Shown: one piece after another, positions 47,082-57,440 of the stretch
Layout: the number at the start of each line of letters is the position of its first letter
How positions within the stretch are numbered: position 1 is the stretch's first letter
Source: Chlamydiota bacterium
GTDB taxonomy: Bacteria; Auribacterota; Tritonobacteria; UBA1439
NCBI GenBank assembly: GCA_012729785.1
Contig: JAAYCL010000014.1
Coordinates: 25,964-89,963, forward strand
DNA: 64,000 nucleotides
Direction: 5' to 3'
Made by a program: the position numbers and the translations under genes
The notes under the pieces: generated by a model
The model's database searches: none
What the model was told of the DNA's origin: nothing
The model's input: only the letters and a program-made list of their open reading frames with translations

Positions 47082-48071
47082 CTACGGTTTGGGCGCCGCC
47101 TCGGGCTTCAATCCGAGGTAGATGAGCGTCCCGGAGACGCACCAGACCACGAACGGGATGGAAAGGATCGAGAGGCGGATGATGAGCGTGAATGCGCCCC
47201 AGATGAAACCGGCGAACGAGTAGGTCCACCGCAACGTATCCTGCGGCGCCGCGTACAATCCCCGCCCCACGAGCCCGGCAGGGGGGCTGCAGCACTCGGG
47301 GAGGGAGAAGAACCCGGCCGCGCAGTCGAACGCCCTGTTGAACGCCGGCGGCACGGAGGAGACGATCCGCGTGTACTGGGCGCCCATGGTCCGCGACGAG
47401 ATCATCGCGTCCACGGCGGTGACCGCGGAGAGGAAATGGACGATGATGATGAAGACGAGCGCGGTGGCGATCAGGTAGCCGATGAAACGCACGGTGTTGG
47501 CCCGGATGAAGTCGTTGAGCTCGCTGACCGGGCTCTCCTTGCCGACCATGATGATGGGGGGCAGGAGCAGGGTCCCGCAAAGGAGGATGATCCCCGCGGC
47601 GACGAGCAGGGCGCTCAAGAAGAAGAGCGGCAGCGCCAGGAACGGCCAGACGATCTCACCGAGGAAGGGGATGCGGCCGAACCAGCCGGCGATCGAGTGA
47701 CAGAGCACCATCAGGAGGATGATCAGGACGATCTTGAGCGGCGCGATGATCAGCGGCGTGGCGGATACCCGGACGGCGTGCAGCGCCCCTTTGAAATCGA
47801 CCGCCGGGAGCCCGGCGACCTCCGCCACGGTCACCTTCGCGATCGCACCCCAGGTGAAGAATAGTATGAAGAGCACCGCCACCCAGTTCAGGATTGCGAC
47901 GAGCGATTGGAGCTGGCCGCGCAGGACGAAACCGCCGAGGAGGTTCATGATGACAAGGGAGGCCGCCACGGCGCAGACCATCCCGCCGATCTGCAAGGCG
48001 ATCTTCTTCCCGCTGAACGAGAGGCTGAAGATCCTCGAGAAGGTTTTCATTCCCGTCTGCAACGCATCCAT
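47082..48071 (-). CDS. Multi-pass membrane protein
   Basis: About six hydrophobic helices; GGAGG RBS. Confidence 0.75.
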   Translation of the reverse strand: MDALQTGMKTFSRIFSLSFSGKKIALQIGGMVCAVAASLVIMNLLGGFVLRGQLQSLVAILNWVAVLFILFFTWGAIAKVTVAEVAGLPAVDFKGALHAVRVSATPLIIAPLKIVLIILLMVLCHSIAGWFGRIPFLGEIVWPFLALPLFFLSALLVAAGIILLCGTLLLPPIIMVGKESPVSELNDFIRANTVRFIGYLIATALVFIIIVHFLSAVTAVDAMISSRTMGAQYTRIVSSVPPAFNRAFDCAAGFFSLPECCSPPAGLVGRGLYAAPQDTLRWTYSFAGFIWGAFTLIIRLSILSIPFVVWCVSGTLIYLGLKPEAAPKP

Positions 48072-48119
48072 GGCCGATCCCTCCCTGCGTAGGCGCGCCA
48101 TTCCGCACCATGCGGCCAC

Positions 48120-48148
48120 ATCGTACCGCAGCACCGATGCGCTGTCAA
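48120..48148 (-). promoter_or_regulatory. sigma70-like promoter
   Basis: TTGACA-N17-TACGAT on the minus strand. Confidence 0.55.
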
Positions 48149-48236
48149 GCCCCCAAAACAGCCCCCAACACACCGGAACCGGTTGCGCGGCCCGTGCCTG
48201 CGTGGTACACTTACCCCCGATACCGGAGCGGTTTCT

Positions 48237-48404
48237 ATGGCCCTGACACGATACCTGTGGCGTGCGGGTGCGGTGCTGTGCATCGCCGCCCTGGCGGCGC
48301 TCCTCGCGGGGTGCGCGACCCCCGAGGGCGGCTCCTCCATCCCATGGGCCAGGCCCGAGCCGTGGGAGAACCAGCCGAACCTGATGCCCGGCGTGCGGTT
48401 CTGA
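48237..48404 (+). CDS. Small lipoprotein
   Basis: LLAGC lipobox, SSIPWARPEPWE. Confidence 0.7.
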   Translation: MALTRYLWRAGAVLCIAALAALLAGCATPEGGSSIPWARPEPWENQPNLMPGVRF

Positions 48405-48422
48405 CGCGGGCGCTGCGTGGGT

Positions 48423-49649
48423 ATGCCTTCATTTCCCGTGAACGGCGGTCACCCGACGGCGGGGCTCGTCCCCGCTGCGCGTCCCTCCGCGGGGAGGCGG
48501 CGGCACGCCGCCGCCCGCCACGCGCTCCTCTTCTGCGCCTTCGCCGCCTGCGCCTCCGCCTCCCCCCGTCTCCGCCCGCGGCCGCCGGAGCGCCCCCGCG
48601 AGATGCGCGGGATTTGGGCGGAGTGCGAGGGCGCCAACGCCACGCTCTCCAGCCGCGCCAGGATCGAGGAGATGTTCCGGCGTCTGGAGGAGGCGGGCGT
48701 CAACACGGTGTTCCTGCAGGTCTACCGCGGGGACAAGGCGTGGTACCGTTCCGGGATCGCGGACGCGGGGCCGTACGACGCCTTTTATTCCCGGGAGAAG
48801 GCCTGCCCCCTGCGCCTGGCGATCGACATGGCGCACGCGCGGGGGATGCAGCTCCACGCATGGGTGAACGTGTTCAGGGTCTGGGGAGGACGGGACGCAA
48901 AGACGATACAGGCGCTCGGGAAGGGGGCGATGACCCGCGACCGGTCGGGGAAATCGATACTCGACTACCCCCGGCACGCGCTCCCCGACGGCGGCTACTG
49001 GCTCGATCCGGGCGACCCGGTCGCGCGCAGGCATCTCCTGCGCGTTGTGCGGGAGCTGCTGGAGCGATACCCGGACCTCGACGGCATCCACCTCGACTAC
49101 GCGCGGTACCCGTTCGACGAGAAGGGGAAGACGGATTTCGGCTACGGGTCCGCAAGCGTGGCGGCGTTCAAGAAAGCCGCCGGCGCCGCCCCGAGTCGGC
49201 GTACGGCGGCGGCGCGGGCGCGCTGGGACGGGTGGCGGCGGGACCAGGTGACGCTGTTCGTCGGGGGGGCGAAGCGTCTGACGGGAAAACGGGGGAAGGC
49301 GCTCTCCGTGGCGGTCGTCGCCGACGAGAAGAAGTGCCGCGAGAGCACCTTCCAGGATTGGCGCCGCTGGCTCGGCGAGGGGCTCGTCGACTTCGTCGTG
49401 CCGATGAACTACAGCGCGGACCGGGCGCTGGTCCGCGCGCGCGCGGAGAAGGCGCTCTCGGCGGCCGGAGCGGGGAAGAGGGTCGCCGTCGGGCTCGGGG
49501 CCTACAAGGTGCTGGATTCCCCCGCGGCGCTCGCGGCGCAGGTCGGGGACTGTAGAAGGCTGGGGGCGCTCGGCGTGGTTCTTTTCTCCTACGACAACCT
49601 GGCCAAACGCCCGGGGCTGTTCGGGTATCTCGGGAGGAAGGTCTTTTAA
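48423..49649 (+). CDS. Glycoside hydrolase-like 10 (DUF187/YddW-like) protein; start uncertain
   Basis: EMRGIW, NTVFLQV, LHAWVN, WLDPG, DGIHLDYARYP, QDWRRW, PMNY. Confidence 0.85.
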   Translation: MPSFPVNGGHPTAGLVPAARPSAGRRRHAAARHALLFCAFAACASASPRLRPRPPERPREMRGIWAECEGANATLSSRARIEEMFRRLEEAGVNTVFLQVYRGDKAWYRSGIADAGPYDAFYSREKACPLRLAIDMAHARGMQLHAWVNVFRVWGGRDAKTIQALGKGAMTRDRSGKSILDYPRHALPDGGYWLDPGDPVARRHLLRVVRELLERYPDLDGIHLDYARYPFDEKGKTDFGYGSASVAAFKKAAGAAPSRRTAAARARWDGWRRDQVTLFVGGAKRLTGKRGKALSVAVVADEKKCRESTFQDWRRWLGEGLVDFVVPMNYSADRALVRARAEKALSAAGAGKRVAVGLGAYKVLDSPAALAAQVGDCRRLGALGVVLFSYDNLAKRPGLFGYLGRKVF

Positions 49650-49700
49650 CCGGCGCCCGGGCGGCGGCCCGGGCGCCATGCAACCCGCACGGGAGGAGCG

Positions 49701-50294
49701 ATGATGAACGATACTCTGGAACGCAAAAACCTTTTCGGGGCCTACCTGCTGATCGCGGCGGTCGTGCTGGGGTTATTCCTGGTGTTACGGCAGATCGCCG
49801 TTTTCCAGCAGGCGCGGGTGAATGCCTCGATGCAGAAGGCGGCGCACAAGGCCGCCCCGATACCGCTTTCCACGACGCCGAAGCCGGCGATCAAGAAGAT
49901 CGTCGAGACGGAGCGCCAGATCGAAGACCAGGACATTCTGGAGGCGTACGAGAAGGAGGAACGCCGGCCGGGCCTGCTGCAGCTGTTCAGCGTAGGAGAG
50001 CGGTTGCTTCAGAAGAAGGTCGAGGGGGTCGAGTACGTGAAGGCGGTTCTTTTCAGGACGCAGGCCGGGACCGGGAGGATCCTCGCCGATGTCGCCCTGC
50101 ACAACGACTCCGCGGTCCCCGTCACCCCGCGGTTCCAGCTGATGCTCTTCAACGCCAAGGGCAGGTTCCTGTGCCGGGACACGATCCTCTACATCACGGA
50201 GGATCTTGCCCCCGGGGAGAAGAAGATCGAGACGATGAGTCTCCCCCGGGCTCCCCGGGATGTCGCGTTCTACGAGATTCGGCAGCTCGATTGA
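49701..50294 (+). CDS. Membrane-anchored hypothetical protein
   Basis: GGAGGAG RBS; N-terminal TM, C-terminal beta-rich domain. Confidence 0.7.
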   Translation: MMNDTLERKNLFGAYLLIAAVVLGLFLVLRQIAVFQQARVNASMQKAAHKAAPIPLSTTPKPAIKKIVETERQIEDQDILEAYEKEERRPGLLQLFSVGERLLQKKVEGVEYVKAVLFRTQAGTGRILADVALHNDSAVPVTPRFQLMLFNAKGRFLCRDTILYITEDLAPGEKKIETMSLPRAPRDVAFYEIRQLD

Positions 50295-50310
50295 GATTCG
50301 GAGCGATCCG

Positions 50311-50850
50311 ATGGGCGCGGCAAGGGAGAAGGGGCCGGTCGCGCGCGTCGCCGCGCTGCTGTGTGCCGCGGGCGAGGACCCGCAGCTGTTCCTCGACGCC
50401 CTCGCCGGACTGTGGGGCGCCCCCGGACTCGTGGGCGCGCCGATACAGTTCGGTTTCACCGACTTCTATGAAAACGAGATGGGCCCCGATCTCGTCCGGC
50501 GCTTCGTCCTCTTCAGGGATCCCGCCCCGGCGGACGGCCTCCGGGACTGGAAGATCGAGGCCAACGCGCTGGAGGGGCGGTTCGCATCCGGGGGCAGACG
50601 GCGCCTGAACGCGGATCCCGGCTACCTGGATCCGGGCGCCGTCGTGGTGGCCTCCGTGAAGGACGCGGCCTCCCGGGTCTATCTCGGGAAGGGGATCTAC
50701 GCGCAGCCGATGCTGCGCTTTGAGGCGGGAAGCTTCCGGGCGTGGCCCTGGACGTACCCCGACTACGCCTCGCCGGAGGCGATACGGTTCTTCAATGCGG
50801 CGCGGGCCGCATGCCGCGATATGTTTCGTCAGCCGGTGCGCGGTCGATAG
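50311..50850 (+). CDS. DUF4416 family protein
   Basis: FTDFYENEMG, NADPGYL, RVYLGKGIYA, WTYPDY. Confidence 0.85.
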   Translation: MGAAREKGPVARVAALLCAAGEDPQLFLDALAGLWGAPGLVGAPIQFGFTDFYENEMGPDLVRRFVLFRDPAPADGLRDWKIEANALEGRFASGGRRRLNADPGYLDPGAVVVASVKDAASRVYLGKGIYAQPMLRFEAGSFRAWPWTYPDYASPEAIRFFNAARAACRDMFRQPVRGR

Positions 50851-50912
50851 TCGATACCCGGCCGCCGAGGTTCGATGCGGCGGCGGTGCACGGACCCGAG
50901 CATCGAATGCGG

Positions 50913-50941
50913 TTGACTTGCCCCCGGCCCATTGCTAGTAT
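50913..50941 (+). promoter_or_regulatory. sigma70-like promoter for the transketolase operon
   Basis: TTGACT-N17-TAGTAT. Confidence 0.6.
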
Positions 50942-51020
50942 CGGTTCCCCACCGGGGGGCTATCCTTCCGTGACGACGAGGTTCGGCGGCTCGACAAGGC
51001 GCGACAGGAAACAGACCGCG

Positions 51021-51854
51021 GTGCGCCCCCTGAACGATTCGTTTCTCCGGGAGCTCGAGGAGCGGGCGCGTACCATCCGCATGAACATCATCAGGATGAT
51101 CGCCCGGGCGGGGTCAGGGCACCCCGGCGGCTCCTTGTCGATCGCGGACATCCTCACGGCGCTCTATTTCACCCAAATGCGCCATCGCCCGAAGGAACCG
51201 CGTTGGGCGGACCGCGACCGGTGCATCCTCTCCAAGGGGCACGCGGCCCCGGCCCTCTACGCCGTCCTGGGCGAGTGCGGCTACTTTCCGAAGGGGGAGT
51301 TCCTCAAGCTGCGGAGATTCGGCGCGATGCTCCAGGGGCACCCGGACGCCACGCGCGTCCCCGGCGTCGAGACCTCGACCGGCTCCCTCGGCCAGGGGAT
51401 CTCCGTCGGGGTGGGGATGGCGCTCGCGGGGAGGATCGACGGCAGGGGCTACCGGGTCTATGTCGTCCTCGGCGACGGGGAGATCGAGGAGGGCGAGGTC
51501 TGGGAGGCCGCGATGGCCGCCGCGCACTACCGGCTCGACCGGCTGTGCGCGATCGTGGACTTCAACGGCCTCCAGATCGACGGGAGGGTGCAGGACACGA
51601 TGAACCCCGAGCCGATCGCGGCGAAGTGGGAGGCGTTCGGCTGGGCGGCGCGCGAGATCGACGGACACGATTTCAGGCAGATCATCGCCGCGCTCGACTG
51701 GGCCGCGGAACCGAAGAAGAAGCCGTCCGCCATCATCGCCAGGACCGTGAAGGGCAAGGGGGTTTCGTTCATGGAGGCCCAGGTCAACTGGCACGGCGTG
51801 GCGCCAACGGCCGAGGAGTCGAAGCGGGCGCTCGCCGAACTGGGAGAGGCGTAA
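51021..51854 (+). CDS. Transketolase, N-terminal subunit
   Basis: SGHPGGSLS, LSKGHAAP, LQGHP, TGSLGQG, GDGE. Confidence 0.95.
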   Translation: MRPLNDSFLRELEERARTIRMNIIRMIARAGSGHPGGSLSIADILTALYFTQMRHRPKEPRWADRDRCILSKGHAAPALYAVLGECGYFPKGEFLKLRRFGAMLQGHPDATRVPGVETSTGSLGQGISVGVGMALAGRIDGRGYRVYVVLGDGEIEEGEVWEAAMAAAHYRLDRLCAIVDFNGLQIDGRVQDTMNPEPIAAKWEAFGWAAREIDGHDFRQIIAALDWAAEPKKKPSAIIARTVKGKGVSFMEAQVNWHGVAPTAEESKRALAELGEA

Positions 51855-51858
51855 GGCG

Positions 51859-52803
51859 ATGGGGGCTGCACGGGCGATACGGGACGGGTACGGCGAGGCG
51901 CTCCTCGAGCTCGGGAGGAGCAACGGGAACGTCGTCGTGCTCGACGCGGATCTCGCCGAGTCGACGCGTTCGTCCGTCTTCAGGAAAGAGTTTCCCGAGC
52001 GCTTCTTCAACGCGGGCATCGCCGAGCAGAACATGGTCAACATGGCCGTCGGGCTCGCCCTCTCCGGGAAGACGGTCTTCGCGTCGAGCTTCGCCATCTT
52101 CGCCACCGGCCGCTGCTGGGAGCAGCTCAGGAACTCGGTCGCGGCCACGAGGGCCAACGTGAAGATCGTCGCGAGCCACGGCGGGCTGACCGTCGGGCCC
52201 GACGGCCTCTCGCACCAGTGCGTCGAGGACATCTCCCTAATGCGTACCATCCCGCACTTCGCCGTCATCGTGCCGTGCGACTGGGTGGAGGCGAAGAAGG
52301 CGGTGCTCGCCGCGGCCCGGATCCCGGGGCCCGTCTACATCCGGACGGCGCGGCCCAAGACTGCGCAGGTCACGAGCGAGGAGACGCCGTTCGTTATCGG
52401 CAAGTCCGTGCGCCTGCGCGACGGCGAAGACGTGACTTTGGTCGCCTGCGGCCTGATGGTCCTCGCGGCGATCGAGGCCGCCGAGGCCCTCGCGGCCGAG
52501 GGGATCCGGGCGGCGGTCGTCGACATGCACACGATCAAGCCCCTGGACGCGAAGGCGGTCGTCGCCGCGGCCAGGGAGACCGGCGCGCTCGTCACCGCGG
52601 AGGAGCACACCCTGCTCGGCGGACTCGGCAGCGCCGTCGCGGAGACGACGGCGGCGCAGTATCCGGTCCCGGTCGAGATGGTCGGGATCCGCGACCGGTT
52701 CGGCCAGTCCGGCGAACCCGACGAGCTGCTCCGGAGATACGGGCTCACCCCCGGCGATATCTGCAAGGCAGCCAAGAGGGCGATGGGAAGGAAACGGGGC
52801 TGA
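51859..52803 (+). CDS. Transketolase, C-terminal subunit
   Basis: LDADLAEST, GIAEQNM, GPDGLSHQ, TIKPLD, EEH. Confidence 0.95.
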   Translation: MGAARAIRDGYGEALLELGRSNGNVVVLDADLAESTRSSVFRKEFPERFFNAGIAEQNMVNMAVGLALSGKTVFASSFAIFATGRCWEQLRNSVAATRANVKIVASHGGLTVGPDGLSHQCVEDISLMRTIPHFAVIVPCDWVEAKKAVLAAARIPGPVYIRTARPKTAQVTSEETPFVIGKSVRLRDGEDVTLVACGLMVLAAIEAAEALAAEGIRAAVVDMHTIKPLDAKAVVAAARETGALVTAEEHTLLGGLGSAVAETTAAQYPVPVEMVGIRDRFGQSGEPDELLRRYGLTPGDICKAAKRAMGRKRG

Positions 52804-52849
52804 GGCGCCCCGTCTTTCGCCGCCCGCGTCAACCCAGGACACCGCGACG

Positions 52850-54151
52850 ATGAGATATTCTTCGACCCGCTTCCCGCTGTACTGTCTGCTGCTCATGTTG
52901 GCCGCATCGGTCGTCCTGTCCCGGCCCGCCGCCCCGGCGGGGGGCGCAGCGGAGAAGGACGGGGACGTCTACCGGAGCCTCGACATCCTCTGCGACGTCA
53001 TCACGATCATCCAGCGCGACTACATAGAGAAGCTGGGCACCGAGCGGCTGATGCAGGACGCGCTCCGGGGGATGCTCGCCTCGCTCGACAGCTACAGCAC
53101 CTACCTGCCGGCCCCGGCCCCCCGGGCGACCCCCGGCCCCCCGGCGGGGGAGCCCGGCACCTATGGGCTCGAGGTGGCGTACAAGAACAGGCTGCTCACG
53201 GTGGTTTCCCCCGTGGAGAACGGGCCGGCCTGGAAGGCCGGCCTGAAGAGCGGCGACCTGATCATCAAGATCGGGGAGGAGCCCGTCGACGATCGCCCGC
53301 TCGCCGAACTGCTCCAGCTCTTCCGCGGCGCCGCCGCGGGGGAGCTGCGCCTGCAGGTGGCGCGGCGGGGGGAGCGCGAGTTCCTTGATTTCACCCTCGC
53401 CCCCGGGAAGGTGGAGGGGCCGGCGGCGCGGACGGAGATGCCGGAAGACAAGATCGCCCTGCTGAGGATCGCGCGCTTCGACCGGGGAACGCCCGCGCGG
53501 GTCGCCGAGTGCCTTGCCGCCCTGAAGGAGCGCGGCGCCGACGGCACGGTCCTCGACCTCAGGGACTGCCCCGCGGGGGAGATAGAGGCAGCCATCGAGG
53601 TCGCCGGGCACTTCATTTCGGAGGGTGGGCTCGTGGCGACGCTCGCGGCCCGGTCGGATGAGGCGCGGAAGGAGTTCGTCTCGTCCGGCGCACAGCCGTC
53701 GGCCGAGGGCCCGGTGGTAATCCTCGTCAACGGAGGGACGAGCGGCGCGGCGGAGGTGCTCGCGGGCGCGCTGCAGGCGGAAGGGCGGGGCGTGTTGATG
53801 GGGCAGAAGAGTTTCGGCTGCGCCTTCGAGGAGGGGACGTTCACGCTCAAGGACGGTTCGGTGATCACGCTTTTGACCGCCGTCTACCGGACGCCGGCCG
53901 GCGCCGAGATACAGGACAAGGGGCTCACCCCGGACATAGAGGTCGTATCCGAGACGGCGGAGACGGAGGCGGGGGAGGGGGAGGGGGGGGAAGGGGAGGG
54001 GGAGGAGTTCGAGATCCCCGACGAAAAGGGCGAGAAGGGGCTGAAGGGCGTGAAGGCTCCGAAGGGTGAGCAGGAAACGGACCCGGTGGTGCAGCGCGCG
54101 ATCGACCTCATCAAGGGGATGCGCATAATGAAGAGCAAGGAGGGGAACTAG
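52850..54151 (+). CDS. S41 carboxyl-terminal protease homolog with PDZ, catalytic residues degenerate
   Basis: LDSYSTY, PDZ, LDLRDCPAG, GTSGAAEVLAGAL, SFGCA. Confidence 0.85.
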   Translation: MRYSSTRFPLYCLLLMLAASVVLSRPAAPAGGAAEKDGDVYRSLDILCDVITIIQRDYIEKLGTERLMQDALRGMLASLDSYSTYLPAPAPRATPGPPAGEPGTYGLEVAYKNRLLTVVSPVENGPAWKAGLKSGDLIIKIGEEPVDDRPLAELLQLFRGAAAGELRLQVARRGEREFLDFTLAPGKVEGPAARTEMPEDKIALLRIARFDRGTPARVAECLAALKERGADGTVLDLRDCPAGEIEAAIEVAGHFISEGGLVATLAARSDEARKEFVSSGAQPSAEGPVVILVNGGTSGAAEVLAGALQAEGRGVLMGQKSFGCAFEEGTFTLKDGSVITLLTAVYRTPAGAEIQDKGLTPDIEVVSETAETEAGEGEGGEGEGEEFEIPDEKGEKGLKGVKAPKGEQETDPVVQRAIDLIKGMRIMKSKEGN

Positions 54152-54153
54152 TC

Positions 54154-55476
54154 GTGCGCAGGCGCAGCCCCTTCCCCGTCGCGGCCTCGTGCCTTGCGGC
54201 CTGCTGCCTCGTCACGGCCCTCTGCGCGGCGTTGGGCCGGGCCGCGGACAGACAGTTGCGGTCGGGCCTCGACATCTTCGTCTCCGGGATGGATATCGTC
54301 TCGAGGCACTACTACCGCGAGGTGGAGGACCGCGATCTCGCCTACGGCGCCCTCAAGGGGATGTGCAGCGCCCTCGATCCCCACAGCCAGTTCATGGACG
54401 AGGAGATCTACCGCGAGATGAAGGTCGAGACCGAGGGTGCGTTCGGCGGCCTCGGCATCGAGATCACCATCCGGGACAAGTTCCTCACCGTGGTCGCGCC
54501 GATCGAGGACACCCCCGCATTCAAGGCGGGGCTCAGGGCGGGCGACCGCATCGTGGAGATCGAGGGGGTCTCGACGAAGGACCTGAGCCTCGTGGAGGCG
54601 GTCCGCACCCTCCGCGGCACCCCCGGGACCGTCGCGCGGATTACGGTGATGCGGCCGAGCACCGGCGCGATGCTGCCGTTCGCCATCACCCGCGCAAACA
54701 TCCAGATCCAGAGCGTCAAGGACGCCGGGCTCGTCAGGAGCCGGATCGGCTACATCCGCCTCACCCAGTTCCAGGAGCACACCGGGAGCGATTTCGACAA
54801 GGCGCTGCGGGCGCTCGCGGCCGAGGGGATGGAGGGGCTCATCCTCGACCTCCGCAACAATCCCGGGGGCCTTCTCCAGGTCGCCATCGAGATCGCCGAC
54901 AAGTTCATCGGCGGGGAGCGGCTGCTCGTGTACACGAAGGGCAGGATCCGGACACAGAACATCGAGTTCAAATCGCACGGCAAGGCGGCCTTTCCGGACC
55001 TGCCGATGGTCATCCTCGTGAACAAGGGGAGCGCCAGCGGGTCGGAGATCGTCGCCGGGGCGCTGCAGGACTGGGGCCGCGGCATCATCCTCGGCGAGCC
55101 GACGTTCGGCAAAGGGTCGGTGCAGAGCGTGCTCCCGCTCCCCGATGGCTCCGCCCTGCGCCTGACCACCGCGCACTACTTCACCCCCAAGGGCCGGGTG
55201 ATCCAGAAGGTCGGGGTCCAGCCCGATATCCGGGTCGAGATGACGGACGAACAGGAGATCAAGGTGCTCATGCGGCGCAGGCTGGAGAGGATGATCAAGG
55301 AGAGCCCGGAGGGGACCGACCTCGCCACGGAGAAGGCGGAGCTGAAGAAGCTCGGGGAGGCGGCGGACGTGCAGCTGGAGCGGGCGCTCGACCTCCTACA
55401 GGGGATCCTCGCCGTCCGGAAACCGCTCGGGGCCACCCCCGCCCCCGCCCCCGCGAAAACCCCCGCGGCGGGCTGA
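54154..55476 (+). CDS. S41 carboxyl-terminal processing protease (CtpA-like)
   Basis: LDPHS, FGGLGIEI, LDLRNNPGG, SASGSEIVAGAL, TFGKGSVQ. Confidence 0.95.
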   Translation: MRRRSPFPVAASCLAACCLVTALCAALGRAADRQLRSGLDIFVSGMDIVSRHYYREVEDRDLAYGALKGMCSALDPHSQFMDEEIYREMKVETEGAFGGLGIEITIRDKFLTVVAPIEDTPAFKAGLRAGDRIVEIEGVSTKDLSLVEAVRTLRGTPGTVARITVMRPSTGAMLPFAITRANIQIQSVKDAGLVRSRIGYIRLTQFQEHTGSDFDKALRALAAEGMEGLILDLRNNPGGLLQVAIEIADKFIGGERLLVYTKGRIRTQNIEFKSHGKAAFPDLPMVILVNKGSASGSEIVAGALQDWGRGIILGEPTFGKGSVQSVLPLPDGSALRLTTAHYFTPKGRVIQKVGVQPDIRVEMTDEQEIKVLMRRRLERMIKESPEGTDLATEKAELKKLGEAADVQLERALDLLQGILAVRKPLGATPAPAPAKTPAAG

Positions 55477-55512
55477 TACCGTCCGGCTCATCCCCCGGCC
55501 GCGAGGTGCGCC

Positions 55513-56517
55513 GTGCTGATCCTCGGTATAGAGACGTCGTGCGACGAGACCGGCGTCGCGCTGGTCGACGCGCGAAGCGGCGCGATCGCCGCGGAGGCGG
55601 TGGCGTCGCAGGACGAACTGCACGCGCGCTACGCCGGGGTGGTCCCCGAGCTCGCCTCTCGCCGGCACCTCTGCACCCTCGCGCCGCTCACCGCGCGGGT
55701 GCTTCGGGAGGCGGGCGCCGCGGCACGCGATGTCGGCCTCGTCGCGGCGGCGCGCGGGCCCGGCCTCGCGGGCTGCCTCCTCGCGGGGGTGAGCTTCGCC
55801 AAGGGGTTCGCGTACGCCCTCGGGGCGCCGATCCTCGGGATCAACCACCTCGAGGCGCACCTGTACATGTGCGTGGCGGGCGGCGGGATCGACTTCCCGG
55901 CGGTCGCGCTCGTCGTCTCCGGGGGGCACACGATCCTCGCGATCGTGCCCGAGTGGGGCCGTTACGAGCTGCTGGGGCAGACCCGCGACGACGCGGTCGG
56001 GGAGGCCTACGACAAGGTGGCCTCGATGCTCGGGCTCCCGTACCCCGGCGGGCCCGCGATCGAAAGGCGCGCGCGCCGCGCCGCGAGGGCGGTGCGTTTC
56101 CCGCGGCCGCTGCTCAAGAGCGGCGACCTGGAGTTCAGTCTGAGCGGCCTGAAGACGGCGGTGCGCACCCGTCTCCGGTCGGGCGGGGCGGCGCCGCCCG
56201 GCGAAGAGGAGGTCGACGCGGTCGCGCGCGGGTTCCAGGAGGCGGTGATCGAGGTTTTGCGCCTGAAGACCGTCGAGGGGGCCCGCCGCGTGGGCGCCCG
56301 CACCGTGCTGCTCGCGGGGGGGGTCGCGCGCAACGAGGCGCTCCGGTCGGGGATCGAACGGGAGGCCGCGAGGCGGGGGGTGCGCGTGGTCGCCTCACCG
56401 CCGTCCCACTGCACCGACAACGGCGCGATGATCGCCTTGCTCGCGCGCCTGCAGTGGGCCGAGGGACGGCGGGACGGATCGGATCTCGATATAGACCCGG
56501 GCCTGCGGCTCTGCTAG
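55513..56517 (+). CDS. tsaD: tRNA t6A threonylcarbamoyltransferase TsaD
   Basis: LGIETSCDET, VVPELASRRH, NHLEAH, VSGGHT, DDAVGEAYDK, CTDNGAMI. Confidence 0.97.
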   Translation: MLILGIETSCDETGVALVDARSGAIAAEAVASQDELHARYAGVVPELASRRHLCTLAPLTARVLREAGAAARDVGLVAAARGPGLAGCLLAGVSFAKGFAYALGAPILGINHLEAHLYMCVAGGGIDFPAVALVVSGGHTILAIVPEWGRYELLGQTRDDAVGEAYDKVASMLGLPYPGGPAIERRARRAARAVRFPRPLLKSGDLEFSLSGLKTAVRTRLRSGGAAPPGEEEVDAVARGFQEAVIEVLRLKTVEGARRVGARTVLLAGGVARNEALRSGIEREAARRGVRVVASPPSHCTDNGAMIALLARLQWAEGRRDGSDLDIDPGLRLC

Positions 56518-56593
56518 GGGCCCGGCCGCCGGTCGTTGCGCAGCGGCGCGGCGCGGGACGCCGCGGCGCTTGGCCGCGGATGGAGGCGGGGAT

Positions 56594-57343
56594 ATGAATC
56601 CGGACAATCTGAAAAAACTCTTCTCGGATGTCGCGAAGGGGAAGATCTCCCCCGCGGCCGCCCTCAAGAGGGTCCGCCATCTGCCGTTCGAGGAGCTCGG
56701 CCACAGCACGGTGGACGGGCACCGGGCGATCAGGCAGGGGTACCCCGAGGTGATCTTCTGCCAGGGCAAGACCGTCGAGGAGATCGAGGAGATCGCCGCG
56801 CGGATCTGCGGGGCGGGGGACAACCTGCTCGCCACGCGCGCCTCCGAGGAGGCGTTCCGCCGCATCCACGCGCTGTTCCCGGACGCGGTCTACCACCGCC
56901 GCGCGCACGCGGTGACGGTCGAGCGGCGCCGTCTCACCAAGGCCCCCGGCTTCATCGCCGTGGTGAGCGCCGGCACCGCGGACGGCCCCGTGGCCGAGGA
57001 GGCGGCGGTCACCGCGGAGTCGATGGGCAACACCGTCCGCAGGTTCTACGACGTGGGCGTCGCGGGGCTGCACCGGCTGCTCCGCAAGCTGCCGGACCTC
57101 GCGCGCGCCCGGGTAATCGTGGTCGCCGCGGGGATGGAGGGGGCGCTGCCGAGCGTGGTGGGGGGGCTCGTGGGAAGGCCCGTCGTCGCGGTCCCGACGA
57201 GCGTTGGCTACGGCGCGAGTTTCGGCGGCATCGCGGCGCTGCTCGGGATGCTCAACAGCTGCGCGGCGGGCGTCACGGTGGTGAACATCGACAACGGTTT
57301 CGGAGCGGGCTACGCCGCCGCCCTGATCAACAAGACGAGGTAG
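56594..57343 (+). CDS. larB: Nickel-pincer cofactor biosynthesis protein LarB
   Basis: PEVIFCQGKT, AGTAD, DVGVAGLHRL, AGMEGALPS, PTSVGYGA, VNIDNGFGA. Confidence 0.95.
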   Translation: MNPDNLKKLFSDVAKGKISPAAALKRVRHLPFEELGHSTVDGHRAIRQGYPEVIFCQGKTVEEIEEIAARICGAGDNLLATRASEEAFRRIHALFPDAVYHRRAHAVTVERRRLTKAPGFIAVVSAGTADGPVAEEAAVTAESMGNTVRRFYDVGVAGLHRLLRKLPDLARARVIVVAAGMEGALPSVVGGLVGRPVVAVPTSVGYGASFGGIAALLGMLNSCAAGVTVVNIDNGFGAGYAAALINKTR

Positions 57344-57440
57344 GGGCTTCCGGCCGCAGATCGACACGGCTGCGCGCGGACGCGGAGGGACGATGGGTGA
57401 TCCGCGAAGATCCGCGGCATTGCGGACGGTGAAGGGCGAT

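Noticed and set aside
51021-52803. Transketolase split in two ORFs
   Set aside because: Two-subunit transketolases are common in anaerobes and archaea; not a frameshift.
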